A stretch of 64,000 nucleotides of DNA from an uncultured Verrucomicrobiae bacterium (GTDB lineage: Bacteria > Verrucomicrobiota > Verrucomicrobiia > Opitutales > JABDGR01), in contig CAVXVB010000009.1 of assembly GCA_963765205.1 (NCBI GenBank), forward strand, positions 1,312,001 to 1,376,000, in the 5' to 3' direction. Below are positions 33,030 through 43,713 of the stretch, piece by piece (position 1 is the first letter of the stretch; every line of letters begins with the position of its first letter). A program made the translations under genes and the position numbers. The notes below the pieces were generated by a model. It ran no database searches. It was not told where the DNA came from and saw only the letters and a list, made by a program, of their open reading frames with translations.

Positions 33030-35344
33030 ACGAAGCCGAGACCAGAGCCGAGCAGATTGATCCCGCGTTGAAAGCGGCAGGCTGGGGCGTGGCCGAGGGT
33101 AGCCGCGTCAGGCGGGAATATGCGATTGCGCCCGGTCGCATCGAAGGCCACGGGCGGCGCGGCAAAGCACTGACGGCGGATTATGTGCTGGAATATCGCA
33201 ACACCAAGCTGGCCGTCATCGAAGCCAAGGCCTGGAATGAAGAACTGACCGAAGGCGTGGCACAGGCGAAGAATTACGCGGGCAAGCTGGCCATCCGCCA
33301 CGCCTACGCGACCAACGGCCAGGGCATCTACGGCATAGACATGGAGACGGGGAAGGAAGGCGAGACGCCGCGCTATCCCTCGCCCGACGAACTGTGGGCG
33401 CTGACCTTCGCCAAAGCCAACGCCTGGCGCGACCGCTTTGCCGCCATTCCATTCGAGGACCGGGGTGGCTCGCATCCCAGCCGCTACTATCAGGACATCG
33501 CCGTCGAGCGGGCGATGGCGGCCATTGCGGAAGGTCGGCCGCGCATCCTGCTGACGCTGGCCACGGGCACCGGGAAAACGTTTATCGCCTTTCAAATCGC
33601 GTGGAAGCTGTTTCAGAGTCGCTGGAATTTGAGCCGCGAACCGACGCGCCGCCCGCGCATTCTGTTTCTCGCCGACCGGAACATTCTGGCCGACCAGGCT
33701 TACAATGCCTTTTCCGCTTTCCCGGAAGACGCACTGGTGCGAATCGCGCCGGACGACATCCGCAAGAAAGGCAAAGTGCCGAAGAATGGCAGCCTTTTCT
33801 TCACGATCTTCCAGACCTTCATGAGCGGCCCGCCCAAGGATGGCCAGCCGTCGCCCTATTTTGGCGCGTATCCGCCGGACTTCTTTGATTTCATCGTCAT
33901 TGACGAGTGCCATCGCGGCGGCGCGAACGACGAAAGCAACTGGCGCGACATCCTCAATTACTTCGCCCCCGCCGTGCAACTGGGCCTGACCGCCACGCCC
34001 AAGCGCAAGGACAACGTGGACACCTACGCTTATTTCGGCGATCCGGTCTATATCTACTCGCTCAAGGAAGGCATCAACGACGGTTTCCTGACGCCGTTCA
34101 AGGTGAAGCAGATTCAGACAACGCTGGATTACTATGTCCATGCGCCGGACGACACGGTCATCGAGGGCGTGGTGGAGGAGGGGAAAATTTACGAAGAACC
34201 GGACTTCAACCGCAGCATCGAGATTCGCGAGCGCGAAAAGAAGCGCGTCGAGATTTTCATGGCCCAGATCAACCAGCACGAAAAAACGCTGGTCTTTTGC
34301 GCCAGCCAGGCGCACGCGCTGTTTGTGCGCGACCTGATCAACCAGGCCAAGACCAGCCCGGACCCCAACTATTGCCAGCGGGTAACGGCGGACGACGGGG
34401 CGCTGGGCGACCAGCACTTGCGCGATTTTCAGGACAACGAAAAGGCCATCCCGACCATCCTCACCACCTCGCAAAAACTTTCCACCGGCGTGGACGCGCG
34501 CAATGTCCGCAACATTGTCCTGATGCGCAACATCAATTCGATGATCGAATTCAAGCAAATCATCGGGCGCGGCACGCGGCTGTTTGACGGCAAGGATTAC
34601 TTTACGATCTATGACTTCGTCAAAGCGCACCTGCACTTCAGCGATCCCGAATGGGATGGCGAACCCATTGATCCAGAGCCGAAGCCAGAACCCCTGCCCC
34701 GCCCGCCCCCGCCGCCGGTTCCACCGGAGCCAGGCCCGGAACCCGCCCCGCGCCGGCCGAAGATCAAAATCAAATTGGCCGACGGTAAAGAGCGCAAAAT
34801 CCAGCACATGATGGCGACCACTTTCTGGCATCCCGACGGCACCCCGATGTCCGCGCAGCAGTTCATGGAATCGCTGTTTGGCCGGTTGCCGGACTTTTTC
34901 CACAACGAGGAAGAATTGCGCAAATTATGGAGCGCCCCGGACACGCGCGCCAGGCTATTGCAAGGGTTGGCGGAAAAAGGCTTTGGCCATGAGCAACTGA
35001 CCGAGATGCAAAAAATCATTGATGCCGAAAAGAGCGATTTGTTCGACGTGCTGGCGCATGTGGCCTATGCGCTGCCGCCCGTCACGCGCGAGGTTCGCGC
35101 CGGTCTGGCGCGGGGGTATATAAATTCCCAGTTCACCACCAAGCAGCGGGCTTTTCTTGATTTTGTGCTGTCGCATTATGTCAGTGTCGGCGTGGAAGAA
35201 CTTGACCAGAACAAGCTGACGCCCTTGCTCCGGCTTAAATACCATGATTCCATTGCCGACGCCGTGGCCGACCTTGGCCAGCCGGAAGACATCAGCAGGG
35301 TATTCACAGGCTTCCAGAAATATCTCTACCAAGCGGTGGCGTAA
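33026..35344 (+). CDS. hsdR: Type I restriction endonuclease subunit R (EcoAI/EcoEI-like)
   Basis: ADYVL...IEAK nuclease motif, ATGTGKT Walker A, DECHR, GLTATP, QIIGRGTR; start overlaps the RhuM stop (ATGA). Confidence 0.95.
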   Translation: MNEAETRAEQIDPALKAAGWGVAEGSRVRREYAIAPGRIEGHGRRGKALTADYVLEYRNTKLAVIEAKAWNEELTEGVAQAKNYAGKLAIRHAYATNGQGIYGIDMETGKEGETPRYPSPDELWALTFAKANAWRDRFAAIPFEDRGGSHPSRYYQDIAVERAMAAIAEGRPRILLTLATGTGKTFIAFQIAWKLFQSRWNLSREPTRRPRILFLADRNILADQAYNAFSAFPEDALVRIAPDDIRKKGKVPKNGSLFFTIFQTFMSGPPKDGQPSPYFGAYPPDFFDFIVIDECHRGGANDESNWRDILNYFAPAVQLGLTATPKRKDNVDTYAYFGDPVYIYSLKEGINDGFLTPFKVKQIQTTLDYYVHAPDDTVIEGVVEEGKIYEEPDFNRSIEIREREKKRVEIFMAQINQHEKTLVFCASQAHALFVRDLINQAKTSPDPNYCQRVTADDGALGDQHLRDFQDNEKAIPTILTTSQKLSTGVDARNVRNIVLMRNINSMIEFKQIIGRGTRLFDGKDYFTIYDFVKAHLHFSDPEWDGEPIDPEPKPEPLPRPPPPPVPPEPGPEPAPRRPKIKIKLADGKERKIQHMMATTFWHPDGTPMSAQQFMESLFGRLPDFFHNEEELRKLWSAPDTRARLLQGLAEKGFGHEQLTEMQKIIDAEKSDLFDVLAHVAYALPPVTREVRAGLARGYINSQFTTKQRAFLDFVLSHYVSVGVEELDQNKLTPLLRLKYHDSIADAVADLGQPEDISRVFTGFQKYLYQAVA

Positions 35345-35350
35345 AAGGGT

Positions 35351-35420
35351 GTGGACCGGTGGAATCGAACCACCGGGACCAGTTTGGAAAACTGAAGTTT
35401 TGTCGCAAAACTATGTCCGC
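35351..35420 (-). pseudogene. Degenerate full-length copy of tRNA-Gly(TCC)
   Basis: 61/70 nt identical to 51344-51413; two acceptor-stem mismatches, D-loop GG lost, anticodon loop and T arm intact. Confidence 0.8.
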
Positions 35421-35574
35421 GGGGTGGACGGCTTTACTTTCGACGATTTGGCCGCCAAGATCGAAGCTCACCAGCGCTGGTGGCTTTCCGAGTTCTAGGA
35501 AGCCACCATTTCCAGCCGCGCCATTGACTTTCGACGATTTGTGGAGTCGAATTTGCTTAACGCCCCCCACCCCC

Positions 35575-37404
35575 ATGCCCCTCACCCGCCGCAAGTTCAT
35601 CAAACAATCCGCGCTGGCCACCGCTGGCAGTTGGGCTGCGCCGCGTTTGCTTTCGACTGTTTCCGCCGCGGTCCCCGCCTCGGGCGCGGCCACGTCCCTG
35701 GCTTTGCCGGCGCGGCCGATGCTGCCGCCGATTCCACCGTTGCCGGCCATTCCGCCAATTCCGGCCCCGCAGCCCCTCGGCTCCGTGCCCTTGGGCGACC
35801 CGGACAAGTTTCCCGTGGCGAAAATGGATTTCCCCATTGCAAATGGCCCCTTTGAACCGACTTGGGATTCCATTGCGCAACACTACCCGGCCAAGGATAT
35901 CGCCTGGCTGCGCGAGGCGAAGTTCGGCTTCTGGGTGCATTTTGGCCCGCAGGCCGCCGGGCAAAGCGGCGATTGGTATGCGCGCAAACTTTACCAGGAG
36001 GGCACGCCCGCCTACCGCAATCATATTCGGGACTTCGGCCATCCGTCGGAAACCGGTTACATGGAGGTGCTGCGTTCGTGGAATCCCTCCGCGCTGGATC
36101 CGGCCGCGCTGGTGCAACTTTACCGCGACGCGGGCGCGCGCTTTCTGATTATTCAAGGCGTGCATCACGACCAGTTCGACAACTGGGACTCGAAATACCA
36201 GCCGTGGAACTCCGTCAACCTCGGCCCAAAGCGCGACATTTTGGGCGCCTGGCAAAAGGCGGTGCGCGCGCAGGGCATGAAATTTGGCGTCACGTTTCAC
36301 CATGATTACGGCTGGTTCTGGTATCAGTCGGCCTTCGCCGAGGACCGGAACAACGACCAGGGCAAACTTGGCGTGCCCTATGATGCGGCACGCCTGACGC
36401 TGGCCGATGGCGTGGGCAAGTGGTGGGAGGGTTTCGACCCGCGCATGCTCTATATCAACAATATGCGCGAATATGCCGGCTTTTACAACGGCTACGACCG
36501 AACCGGCTCCGGCCCTCCGACCGGCATTTTCACCAACCATCAGGAGTTTGCCCATTGGTATGCGACGTGGTGGGCGCTGCGCATTCAGGACGTGATCGAA
36601 AAATACGACCCGGACTTCATCTACACCGACGGCAACTCCACGCAGCCGTTTTCGGGCGACCACACCGGCATGGGCTATAAGTGCGACGCCATGCAACGGG
36701 TGCTGGCGCATTACTTCAACCGCACGGCGGCGCGGCGCGGAACGATTGATACTTTTGCCATCGTCAAACACCACGAGCCCAACAACGGCATCGTCAACAC
36801 CGCCGAAAGCAAATATCCGGACGCGATCAAAACGGACCAGCCGTGGATTGGCGAATCGCAGGTCGGCGATTGGTTTTACGGCCCGAACTTCACCTACGAC
36901 TCCGGCATGGTCATCCGCCATGTGCTCGAATGCGTCTCGCGCGACGGCGCCGTCGCCATTTGCGTGCCCATCCGGCCCGATGGCTCCCTTGATGACGGCA
37001 GCAAAACGATGATGGCCGCAATCGGCCAATGGATGAAGATTAACGGCGAGGGCATTTACGGCAGCAAAGCCTGGACAAAATTGGGTGAAGGCACCCGCCG
37101 GCTGCCCACTGGCGCGCTGTCCCGCCGGCAGGCCACCTACGCCTTCACCAGCGAAGATTTCCGCTTCACCCTTGGCAAAGACGGCAGCCTTTATGCCTTC
37201 TGCATGACCGTGCCTGCCGCCGGCGCCCAGCTCAAAATCACCTCGCTGGGCACGGCCGCCGCAGCGCTCCCGGCGCCGATCAAGACGGTCTCTCTCCTCG
37301 GCAGCGATACCAAACTCGCGTGGACGCAGCAGGCCGACGGTCTCGTCATTACCTGCCCGGAAACCGCATCATTTAAGACTGCGCTTTGCTTTAAAGTCGC
37401 CTAG
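35575..37404 (+). CDS. Alpha-L-fucosidase, GH29, Tat-exported
   Basis: TRRKFIK twin-arginine signal; WLREAKFGFWVHFG, HHDQF, PDFIYTDG, WMKINGEGIYGS motifs. Confidence 0.88.
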   Translation: MPLTRRKFIKQSALATAGSWAAPRLLSTVSAAVPASGAATSLALPARPMLPPIPPLPAIPPIPAPQPLGSVPLGDPDKFPVAKMDFPIANGPFEPTWDSIAQHYPAKDIAWLREAKFGFWVHFGPQAAGQSGDWYARKLYQEGTPAYRNHIRDFGHPSETGYMEVLRSWNPSALDPAALVQLYRDAGARFLIIQGVHHDQFDNWDSKYQPWNSVNLGPKRDILGAWQKAVRAQGMKFGVTFHHDYGWFWYQSAFAEDRNNDQGKLGVPYDAARLTLADGVGKWWEGFDPRMLYINNMREYAGFYNGYDRTGSGPPTGIFTNHQEFAHWYATWWALRIQDVIEKYDPDFIYTDGNSTQPFSGDHTGMGYKCDAMQRVLAHYFNRTAARRGTIDTFAIVKHHEPNNGIVNTAESKYPDAIKTDQPWIGESQVGDWFYGPNFTYDSGMVIRHVLECVSRDGAVAICVPIRPDGSLDDGSKTMMAAIGQWMKINGEGIYGSKAWTKLGEGTRRLPTGALSRRQATYAFTSEDFRFTLGKDGSLYAFCMTVPAAGAQLKITSLGTAAAALPAPIKTVSLLGSDTKLAWTQQADGLVITCPETASFKTALCFKVA

Positions 37405-37463
37405 GGGGATAAAGAAGTGGCGACGCAGCCTTTTCAAAATCGGCCCACTTATTAATCAAAAAC

Positions 37464-38648
37464 ATGATACAAGACAATTACATTCCAAGCCAGGTTGGTT
37501 TTTTCCCTCGCCTTGGGAAGGCAAATAGGACGTCCCGGCGAACTCCGCAAGGGGGATTTGATTTAACTGCTTTATCATGCAATCCAGCGTTAATTGTCCC
37601 CCAAAAACACTGTTGTGTTCCCGCGGTTCCTTGGCTCCGGGTTTTTAGCGTGGCCGCGCTCTTGGTGCTGGGTGCGCCGGCCAGCCGGGCGCAAAGTGCT
37701 CCCACTGTGCCCGCACCGGGCGCTTCGGCGGCTCCAACCGCAGAAGAGATGAACACGCTCAATACGGCATTGCGGGCGCTGCTGTCGCAGGCGGATCCCG
37801 CGGCCAAGGATATTTTAGACCAATACCCGAATTATGCGCCGTTACGCGCGCCGACCGGGGGCGGGGGCCGGGGCGCCGCGGCGAACGTGACGCTGCCGCC
37901 GGCGCCGGTGGCGGGCGAGGCGGGCGCGATTTTACTCGAGGATTTTGAGTCCACCCCGGTGGGAAAGATTCCAGCGGGGTTCACGGCGACGGGCAAAGTA
38001 GCGGTGGCCGACGATTTTGCGCACTCCGGGACGAAATCGCTGAAAATGGAGGCGGCCAAAAACGGCCCGCGACGCATCACGCTGACGGGAGACAAGGTCG
38101 CGGCGCTCGGAGGAACGTTTTGGGGGCGGTTGTATTTCAAGGTGCAGACGCCGTTTCCGTTGCCGCCGCCGGGCAATAATCCGGTCATCCATTCGACGTT
38201 GGTGGCGGGCTCGGCAATCAGCCCGGATTTTAACGACCGGATTGAGGTGCGGATGCTGGACACCGTGATGAGACAGGATGGGATGCATCAGTATATTTAC
38301 AACGTGCAGCCGTCGGGCGGGCGGCGGGAGTTTGGCAAAGGCGGCGCTTATACCCACACCTACACGAGCGATTGGACGCTGGCGGAATGGTATGTCGATT
38401 ATGCGACGCAGACTTACCGGCTGTTCATCAACGGGGTCGAGATCACGGACGTGACGGAGCATAATGGCGCCGGGAATTTTAACGGCACGGAGTTGCCGGA
38501 GGTTTTCCAGAGCCTGTCGTTCGGTTGGAATAATTACCAGGCGGCGGATCCGGGCTTTGTGGCGTGGATTGACGACATTGCGTTGAGCAAGCAGCGCATC
38601 GGCCCGCATGAAGTTCCCGCGCCGGCGGCGGCGGCGCCAACGAAGTAA
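37464..38648 (+). CDS. Secreted beta-sandwich protein (Cip1/polysaccharide-lyase-like); start uncertain
   Basis: Signal-like segment ...ALLVLGAPASRAQ; EDFES, WGRLYF, FGWNNYQ, WIDDIALSKQRIG. Confidence 0.55.
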   Translation: MIQDNYIPSQVGFFPRLGKANRTSRRTPQGGFDLTALSCNPALIVPQKHCCVPAVPWLRVFSVAALLVLGAPASRAQSAPTVPAPGASAAPTAEEMNTLNTALRALLSQADPAAKDILDQYPNYAPLRAPTGGGGRGAAANVTLPPAPVAGEAGAILLEDFESTPVGKIPAGFTATGKVAVADDFAHSGTKSLKMEAAKNGPRRITLTGDKVAALGGTFWGRLYFKVQTPFPLPPPGNNPVIHSTLVAGSAISPDFNDRIEVRMLDTVMRQDGMHQYIYNVQPSGGRREFGKGGAYTHTYTSDWTLAEWYVDYATQTYRLFINGVEITDVTEHNGAGNFNGTELPEVFQSLSFGWNNYQAADPGFVAWIDDIALSKQRIGPHEVPAPAAAAPTK

Positions 38649-38680
38649 AGACGGAAGCACCCCAACCGGATTGCGTGAGC

Positions 38681-39892
38681 TTAATGCTGGGCGGGTGGGC
38701 TGGCTTGCCCCGCATTATCAACCGCCTTGGGCGGATCCGGGAATAGCAAGGGGGTAAACTGGGTCAGGGCATATTGCCAGACCGGCCAGATATGCGCGCC
38801 TTCGGTGGGCAGGAAAACATGGTGGATGTTTTGACTCGTCAGCGTCTGGTCTTCCTGTTGGTTGCTGCGAAAGGCGGGGTCGCTCTGGCCGCAAACGAGC
38901 ATGAAAGTCTGCAGTTTGGAATTAAGTTCGGCGGGGTCGAGGTTGGCGTTGCGCAGGCCGTTGCCGCTGAACGCGCCGATCGCGCAGAAAAGGTCCAGGT
39001 GACTCAACCCGATGGCAGAGGCCTGGTCGGCGCCGGCCGAGAGGCCCGCGATGGCGCGATGGGCGCGGTCGGTGAGGACATGGAATTTGGTTTCGATGAG
39101 GGGTTTCAAGTCATTCAGCAAATCAGCTTCAAAACCGTTGCCGCCGCCGCGACCACCGCGGTCGAGGGCCGGGGGCGGGCCGTTTTCGATGCCCTGCGGC
39201 ACGTCGCTGCCGGTGATCGCGCCGTAAGGCATCACGACGACCATGGGGCGGATTTTTCCTGCCGCGAGCAGGTTGTCCAAAATCATATTGGCCTGGCCGG
39301 TTTCGACCCAGGCGCCTTCGAACAGGCCGCTTCCGTGCAAGAGATAAAGCACGGGATAGCGCTGGTTGGGAGATTCCTCGTAGGCGGGCGGGGTATAGAC
39401 GAAGGCGCGTCGGGTCAGGTTCAAGGATTTGGAATCGTAGGTCACGATGTCCACGGTGCCATGCGGGACTTTTTGGGGTTCAAAAATCTGCGGCTGGTCG
39501 CCGGGCACGATAAAGAAGCTCGTGTGGCCCCATTGCCGAAGTTCGACGTTTGGGTTGGCGGGGTCCGGGCTGCGGATGCCGCCGTCCTCGGCAAACCCAT
39601 AATTGTAATAGCCCGGTGTCAGCGGCCCGATGGTGATGCTCCAGAGGCCGCGGTCGTCCTTGACGAGAGTCCCGGGCTGGCCGCCCATGGCGGCGATGAC
39701 GGGAGCACCGACCAGGAGCACCTCTTTGGCATCCGGCGCAAAGAGGCGGAACGTGACGGTGTGGTCGGGATGGATCTCAGGGGAAACGGGGACGTTGCCT
39801 TGGTTTTCCCAGGAATTGCCACCGCGCTGCGCCGGGCAGGGGGTGGAATGGAAGAGCGCGAACGCGAACAGGCCAAGGGCGATTCTTTTCAT
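38681..39892 (-). CDS. Secreted esterase (CE1/Fes-like) with N-terminal E-set domain
   Basis: VTFRLFAP, VYTPPAY, YPVLYLLHG, GLSAG nucleophile elbow, GAHIWPVW. Confidence 0.88.
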   Translation of the reverse strand: MKRIALGLFAFALFHSTPCPAQRGGNSWENQGNVPVSPEIHPDHTVTFRLFAPDAKEVLLVGAPVIAAMGGQPGTLVKDDRGLWSITIGPLTPGYYNYGFAEDGGIRSPDPANPNVELRQWGHTSFFIVPGDQPQIFEPQKVPHGTVDIVTYDSKSLNLTRRAFVYTPPAYEESPNQRYPVLYLLHGSGLFEGAWVETGQANMILDNLLAAGKIRPMVVVMPYGAITGSDVPQGIENGPPPALDRGGRGGGNGFEADLLNDLKPLIETKFHVLTDRAHRAIAGLSAGADQASAIGLSHLDLFCAIGAFSGNGLRNANLDPAELNSKLQTFMLVCGQSDPAFRSNQQEDQTLTSQNIHHVFLPTEGAHIWPVWQYALTQFTPLLFPDPPKAVDNAGQASPPAQH

Positions 39893-39956
39893 GGCTGATT
39901 TTCTCGATGAAGTCGAAATGGGAAATTAATGCGCAAATTGACCCTGGCTCGCACCA

Positions 39957-42852
39957 TTACTCAAGACGCACGCTCACCGCCTCGCCGTGATAGACGGTGG
40001 TGTTGGCGGGCTGGGGGGTGGGAGAATAGCCTGCGGGGTGGCCGGGGGAGACGAAGACAAAATTGAAGGCGCGGTCTTTTTGCATCGTCGGAAAGGAGCC
40101 TTGGCGCGGGCCAAGAGTGAGTGTTTGGGTGGCGTCGTTCCAAGTCAGCGGGATTTGGGTGAAGGCGCCTTTTTCGTAGGCGTAGGTCAGGCCGTCGTCC
40201 TCGTAGAGGTTGAAGTGGCCGTCGGCTCCCGCGTAAACGTATACGGTGAGGGGCGCGGCGGACTTTTCGCCGACATACTGAACCTCGGGGCCGGTGGGGA
40301 TGATGGAGCCGGCGCGGATGTAGAGAGGCAATTGGTCATAGGGCGCGGGGGCGTCGAGAGTTTGGCCGCCCGCCATGGATTGGCCGCTCCAGAAATCATA
40401 CCAAAGGGCGCCTTTGGGCAGGTAAACCGGGCGGCTGCGGGCTTGGTAGGTGGTGACGGGGTTCACGAGGAAGGCCGGGCCGAACATATATTGGTCGGGG
40501 ATGTTGCGGGCCGCGAGGTCGTCACGAAAATCCATGACGAGGGGGCGCATTATCGTGTAGCCATCCTGTGTGACTGCGCCGGCAAGTGAATAAATGTAGG
40601 GGAAGAGGGCGTAGCGAAGCTTGTCGAATTTGAGTTCGCTTTGGAACACGGGGGTGGCGGCGTCGCCGAGGTTATACATTTCGCGCAACTGCTGCTGGCC
40701 ATGGACGCGCAGGACGGGGCAGAAGGTGCTGAATTGGAACCAGCGGTCATTGAGTTCGCGCCATTCATCGAGATCGGGGCCGCTGCGGGCGTTGGCGAAG
40801 CGGTATTCCATGATGTAGCCGCCGGTGTCGGTGGTCCAATACGGGAGGCCGGAGATCGAAAAGCCGAGGCCGGCGGAAATTTGTTTGCGCAGGGCCGACC
40901 AGGTGGAGGTGACGTCGCCGGACCAGGTCATGGTCGCGTAGCGTTGTTCGCCGGCGAAGCCGGAGCGGGTGAGGATGAAGACGCGCTGGTCGGGGGCGAC
41001 GGAGCGCTGGCCTTCGTAAATGCCTTTGCTGTTCATCAACGCGTAGCCGTTTTGCACGCGTGCGCCGGTGCCAAGGCCGGTGGGGTTCATGTGGTTGGCG
41101 TAGGCGTCGGGGCTGGGCGGGGAGACGATTTCCGGCTCAGTGGCGTCCATCCACCAGGCGTCAATGCCCTTGCTGAACAAGGCGGAGTTGAGCTGGTCCC
41201 AGAAAAGTTTGCGCGCGCCGTCCTGGAACGGGTCGTAATAGGCGTAGCGCTTGTTGTCGCGGAGAATGTTTTCGTTGAGCGTGGGCTGGAAAAGGTAGCC
41301 GGCTTTGTTGAGGGCGTCGAAGTTGGCCGTGCCCTCGTAGAACTTGCCCCAGGCGGAGATCATGATGTGGGCGTGCTCGTCATGGATGGTTTTGATCATG
41401 CCGACGGGGTCGGGAAATTTGGTGAGGTCGAATTGGTGGGAGCCCCAATCGTTTTGGTTGGGGCGGACGTTCCAGTATTGCCAGTCCTGGACGATGTTAT
41501 CCAAGGGGATCAGGAGCTGGCGGAATTGCGCGAGGGCGCCGAGGATTTCACTTTGGTTGAGGTAGTGGTCGCGCGATTGCCAGAGGCCAAAAGCCCATTG
41601 GGGGAGCATCGTGGCGGGGCCGGTGAGCTGGCGGAAGCCGGCGACGACGCGGTCCAAATCCGGCCCGTAAACAAAATAGTAGTCAATGCCTTCGCCGACA
41701 TTGGACCACAGCGAAGTGTCAGGGGACGGCGCGGGGGTTTTCCAAGTGAGGCTCATGAAGGCGCGGTCCAGTTCACCGCTGTCCCCGCCCCAGACAATTT
41801 TGAGGGGATAATGCCGGCCGGCTTCAAGGCGGACTTTGACCAGCTCGAAGGCGGGGAGCCAGTATTGACGCCAGTGGTCAATGAGAAGCTGGTTATTGAT
41901 CGAGACGGCGATCCGGGCATTCGCGTGAGTCTGGAATTGGTAATCGCCGGTGGCGGGAGCGATGATTTCACCCTCCCAGACGTGCGTGGGGATGGTGGTC
42001 GGGGCGGCTGGGGCGGCGGCGGCGGTGAGCGAGACGGCGGCAATGGTATCCGGCGTCAGCGGTTGGCCGCCAACCAGCGCCAGATTGCCCACAGCGAGAA
42101 TGGCTGTTTGCGCCGGATTTTGAATCTGGTTGCCGCCTGCGGGCAACAGGCCGGTGGTCAGGCCGCCGGAATGGCCGTTGAGGTCCACCAAGTTGGCGGC
42201 GGGAATGGCCTCGAAGGGTCGTAAGTCGCCAAAGCGGGTGCGCGAGGTATTATCCCACAGGATGCCGTAACCACGGCTGGAAACGAGAAAAGGGACGACG
42301 ACGTTGGTGTTGTATTGCCAGAGGTCGAGGTCGTAGCCCTTGATGTCCATGAGGCCCTGCTGGTGCTGGCCGAGGCCATAGAGGGATTCACCGTCGTTGG
42401 CCTGCCATTGTTGCTGGAGGTGGAATGTTTTTTCGCCCATGACCTCGGCGGCCTCGAGCTCGGCGGCCGCCGGCAACTTCGGCCAGGATGGTTTGGCCGG
42501 AAGGATCGGCGAAAGTGACCGCGCCGTTGGCGAGGTCCACCGTGACCTTGAGTTTGGCGGTGGTAAGAGTGGCGGTGGTGGGGGAAGGGTTGCCCAGGGC
42601 CCACTGGGGCGCGGGATTTGGATTAGGCCCGACGACGACCATCGGGTCGGCCTTGAAATCGGGCTGGTTGGAAAAAGTGATGCGAATGATATCGTCCGCC
42701 TTCACCTGGATTTTGAGAAAGCCACCGCTGCCGGGTTGGACGATAAGACCGTCGGGGAGTTTTTGGGGAAGGGCGGGGGCGACGTTTAGCGTCGAGGCGG
42801 GCAGGATGCCGGCCAATCCGGCCAGCAGGAGGCAAAGCAGAGAGCGTTTCAT
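39957..42852 (-). CDS. Alpha-xylosidase-like GH31 enzyme with PA14 insert; apparent frameshift near 42475
   Basis: Signal peptide MKRSLLCLLL in ORF 42388..42978 joins ORF 39957..42476; YGLGQHQ, IVQDWQYW, WWMDATEP, WSGD, DTGGY, RVHG motifs. Confidence 0.9.
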
Positions 42853-42984
42853 GGGGGTAGGTTGGCCAGCGTAGAATATCGAACCGCCGTGGCAAGCCTG
42901 CACTGCGGGGCGTGGTGCAGCATTATGACCAATAGGGGCGGCAGAATCGCCGAAGCCCGCCACGCGATGGATTGCCATCAGCGG

Positions 42985-43713
42985 TTAGGGTGGCGCAGGT
43001 GCGGGGGCGGATATACCCGGCGGGGAAGCTGTGGCGGGGGCTGGAGGCTCATCGGTGCCGGGGACAAGGATGAGATAAATGAGAAGGACGCCAAGAACGC
43101 CAATCGCCACCGCAGCGAGGCCCAGTTGGCGGCGTTTCGGCAGAGTCAACCAAAGGACGACCCCGGTAAAGCAGGCAAGGACAATGAGGAGGGCACTGAT
43201 GTCAATAACCCAGTGCCAGGCGGGGCCGGTATAGCGGCCGCGGTGCAGATTATCCAGGACAGCGATGAAGTTGTAGGCTTCGGCATGAACTTGGGCCTGA
43301 GCAGTGGTTTTATTGATTTCGACGTTCCAGAGTTGGCCAGGCTCCTTAAACGCAACCTCGATGCTGTCGCCCACGTCGTCGTAGCTGGTCATTGCGCCAG
43401 TGATGTGAAAGTCCTGGCGAAGATGTTCGACAATGAGCAGGGAATCGTTGTGCGCGAGCAACTCCGGGGAAACGGGGCCGTGGGATTCGTGAAGGCGCGG
43501 GGTGGTCGCGCCAAACCAGTCTTCATGATTAATGGTGAAGCCGGTGATGCCGAACAGGAGGAGGATCAACAAGCCGAGCATGGTGAGGTAAACATGAATC
43601 GTGCGGCACCAGTCCACGAACTGGCGGTTGAGGAGCAAGGGCGCGCCGGCCACCCAGCGCCGGGGCGGCTTGGGCGGCCCGGGCCGGGGCGGGTGTGGGG
43701 CGCGGGCGCTCAT
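42985..43713 (-). CDS. PepSY-associated TM helix protein
   Basis: RTIHVYLTM, GITGFTINH, LDNLHRG, TGVVLW motifs. Confidence 0.85.
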   Translation of the reverse strand: MSARAPHPPRPGPPKPPRRWVAGAPLLLNRQFVDWCRTIHVYLTMLGLLILLLFGITGFTINHEDWFGATTPRLHESHGPVSPELLAHNDSLLIVEHLRQDFHITGAMTSYDDVGDSIEVAFKEPGQLWNVEINKTTAQAQVHAEAYNFIAVLDNLHRGRYTGPAWHWVIDISALLIVLACFTGVVLWLTLPKRRQLGLAAVAIGVLGVLLIYLILVPGTDEPPAPATASPPGISAPAPAPP

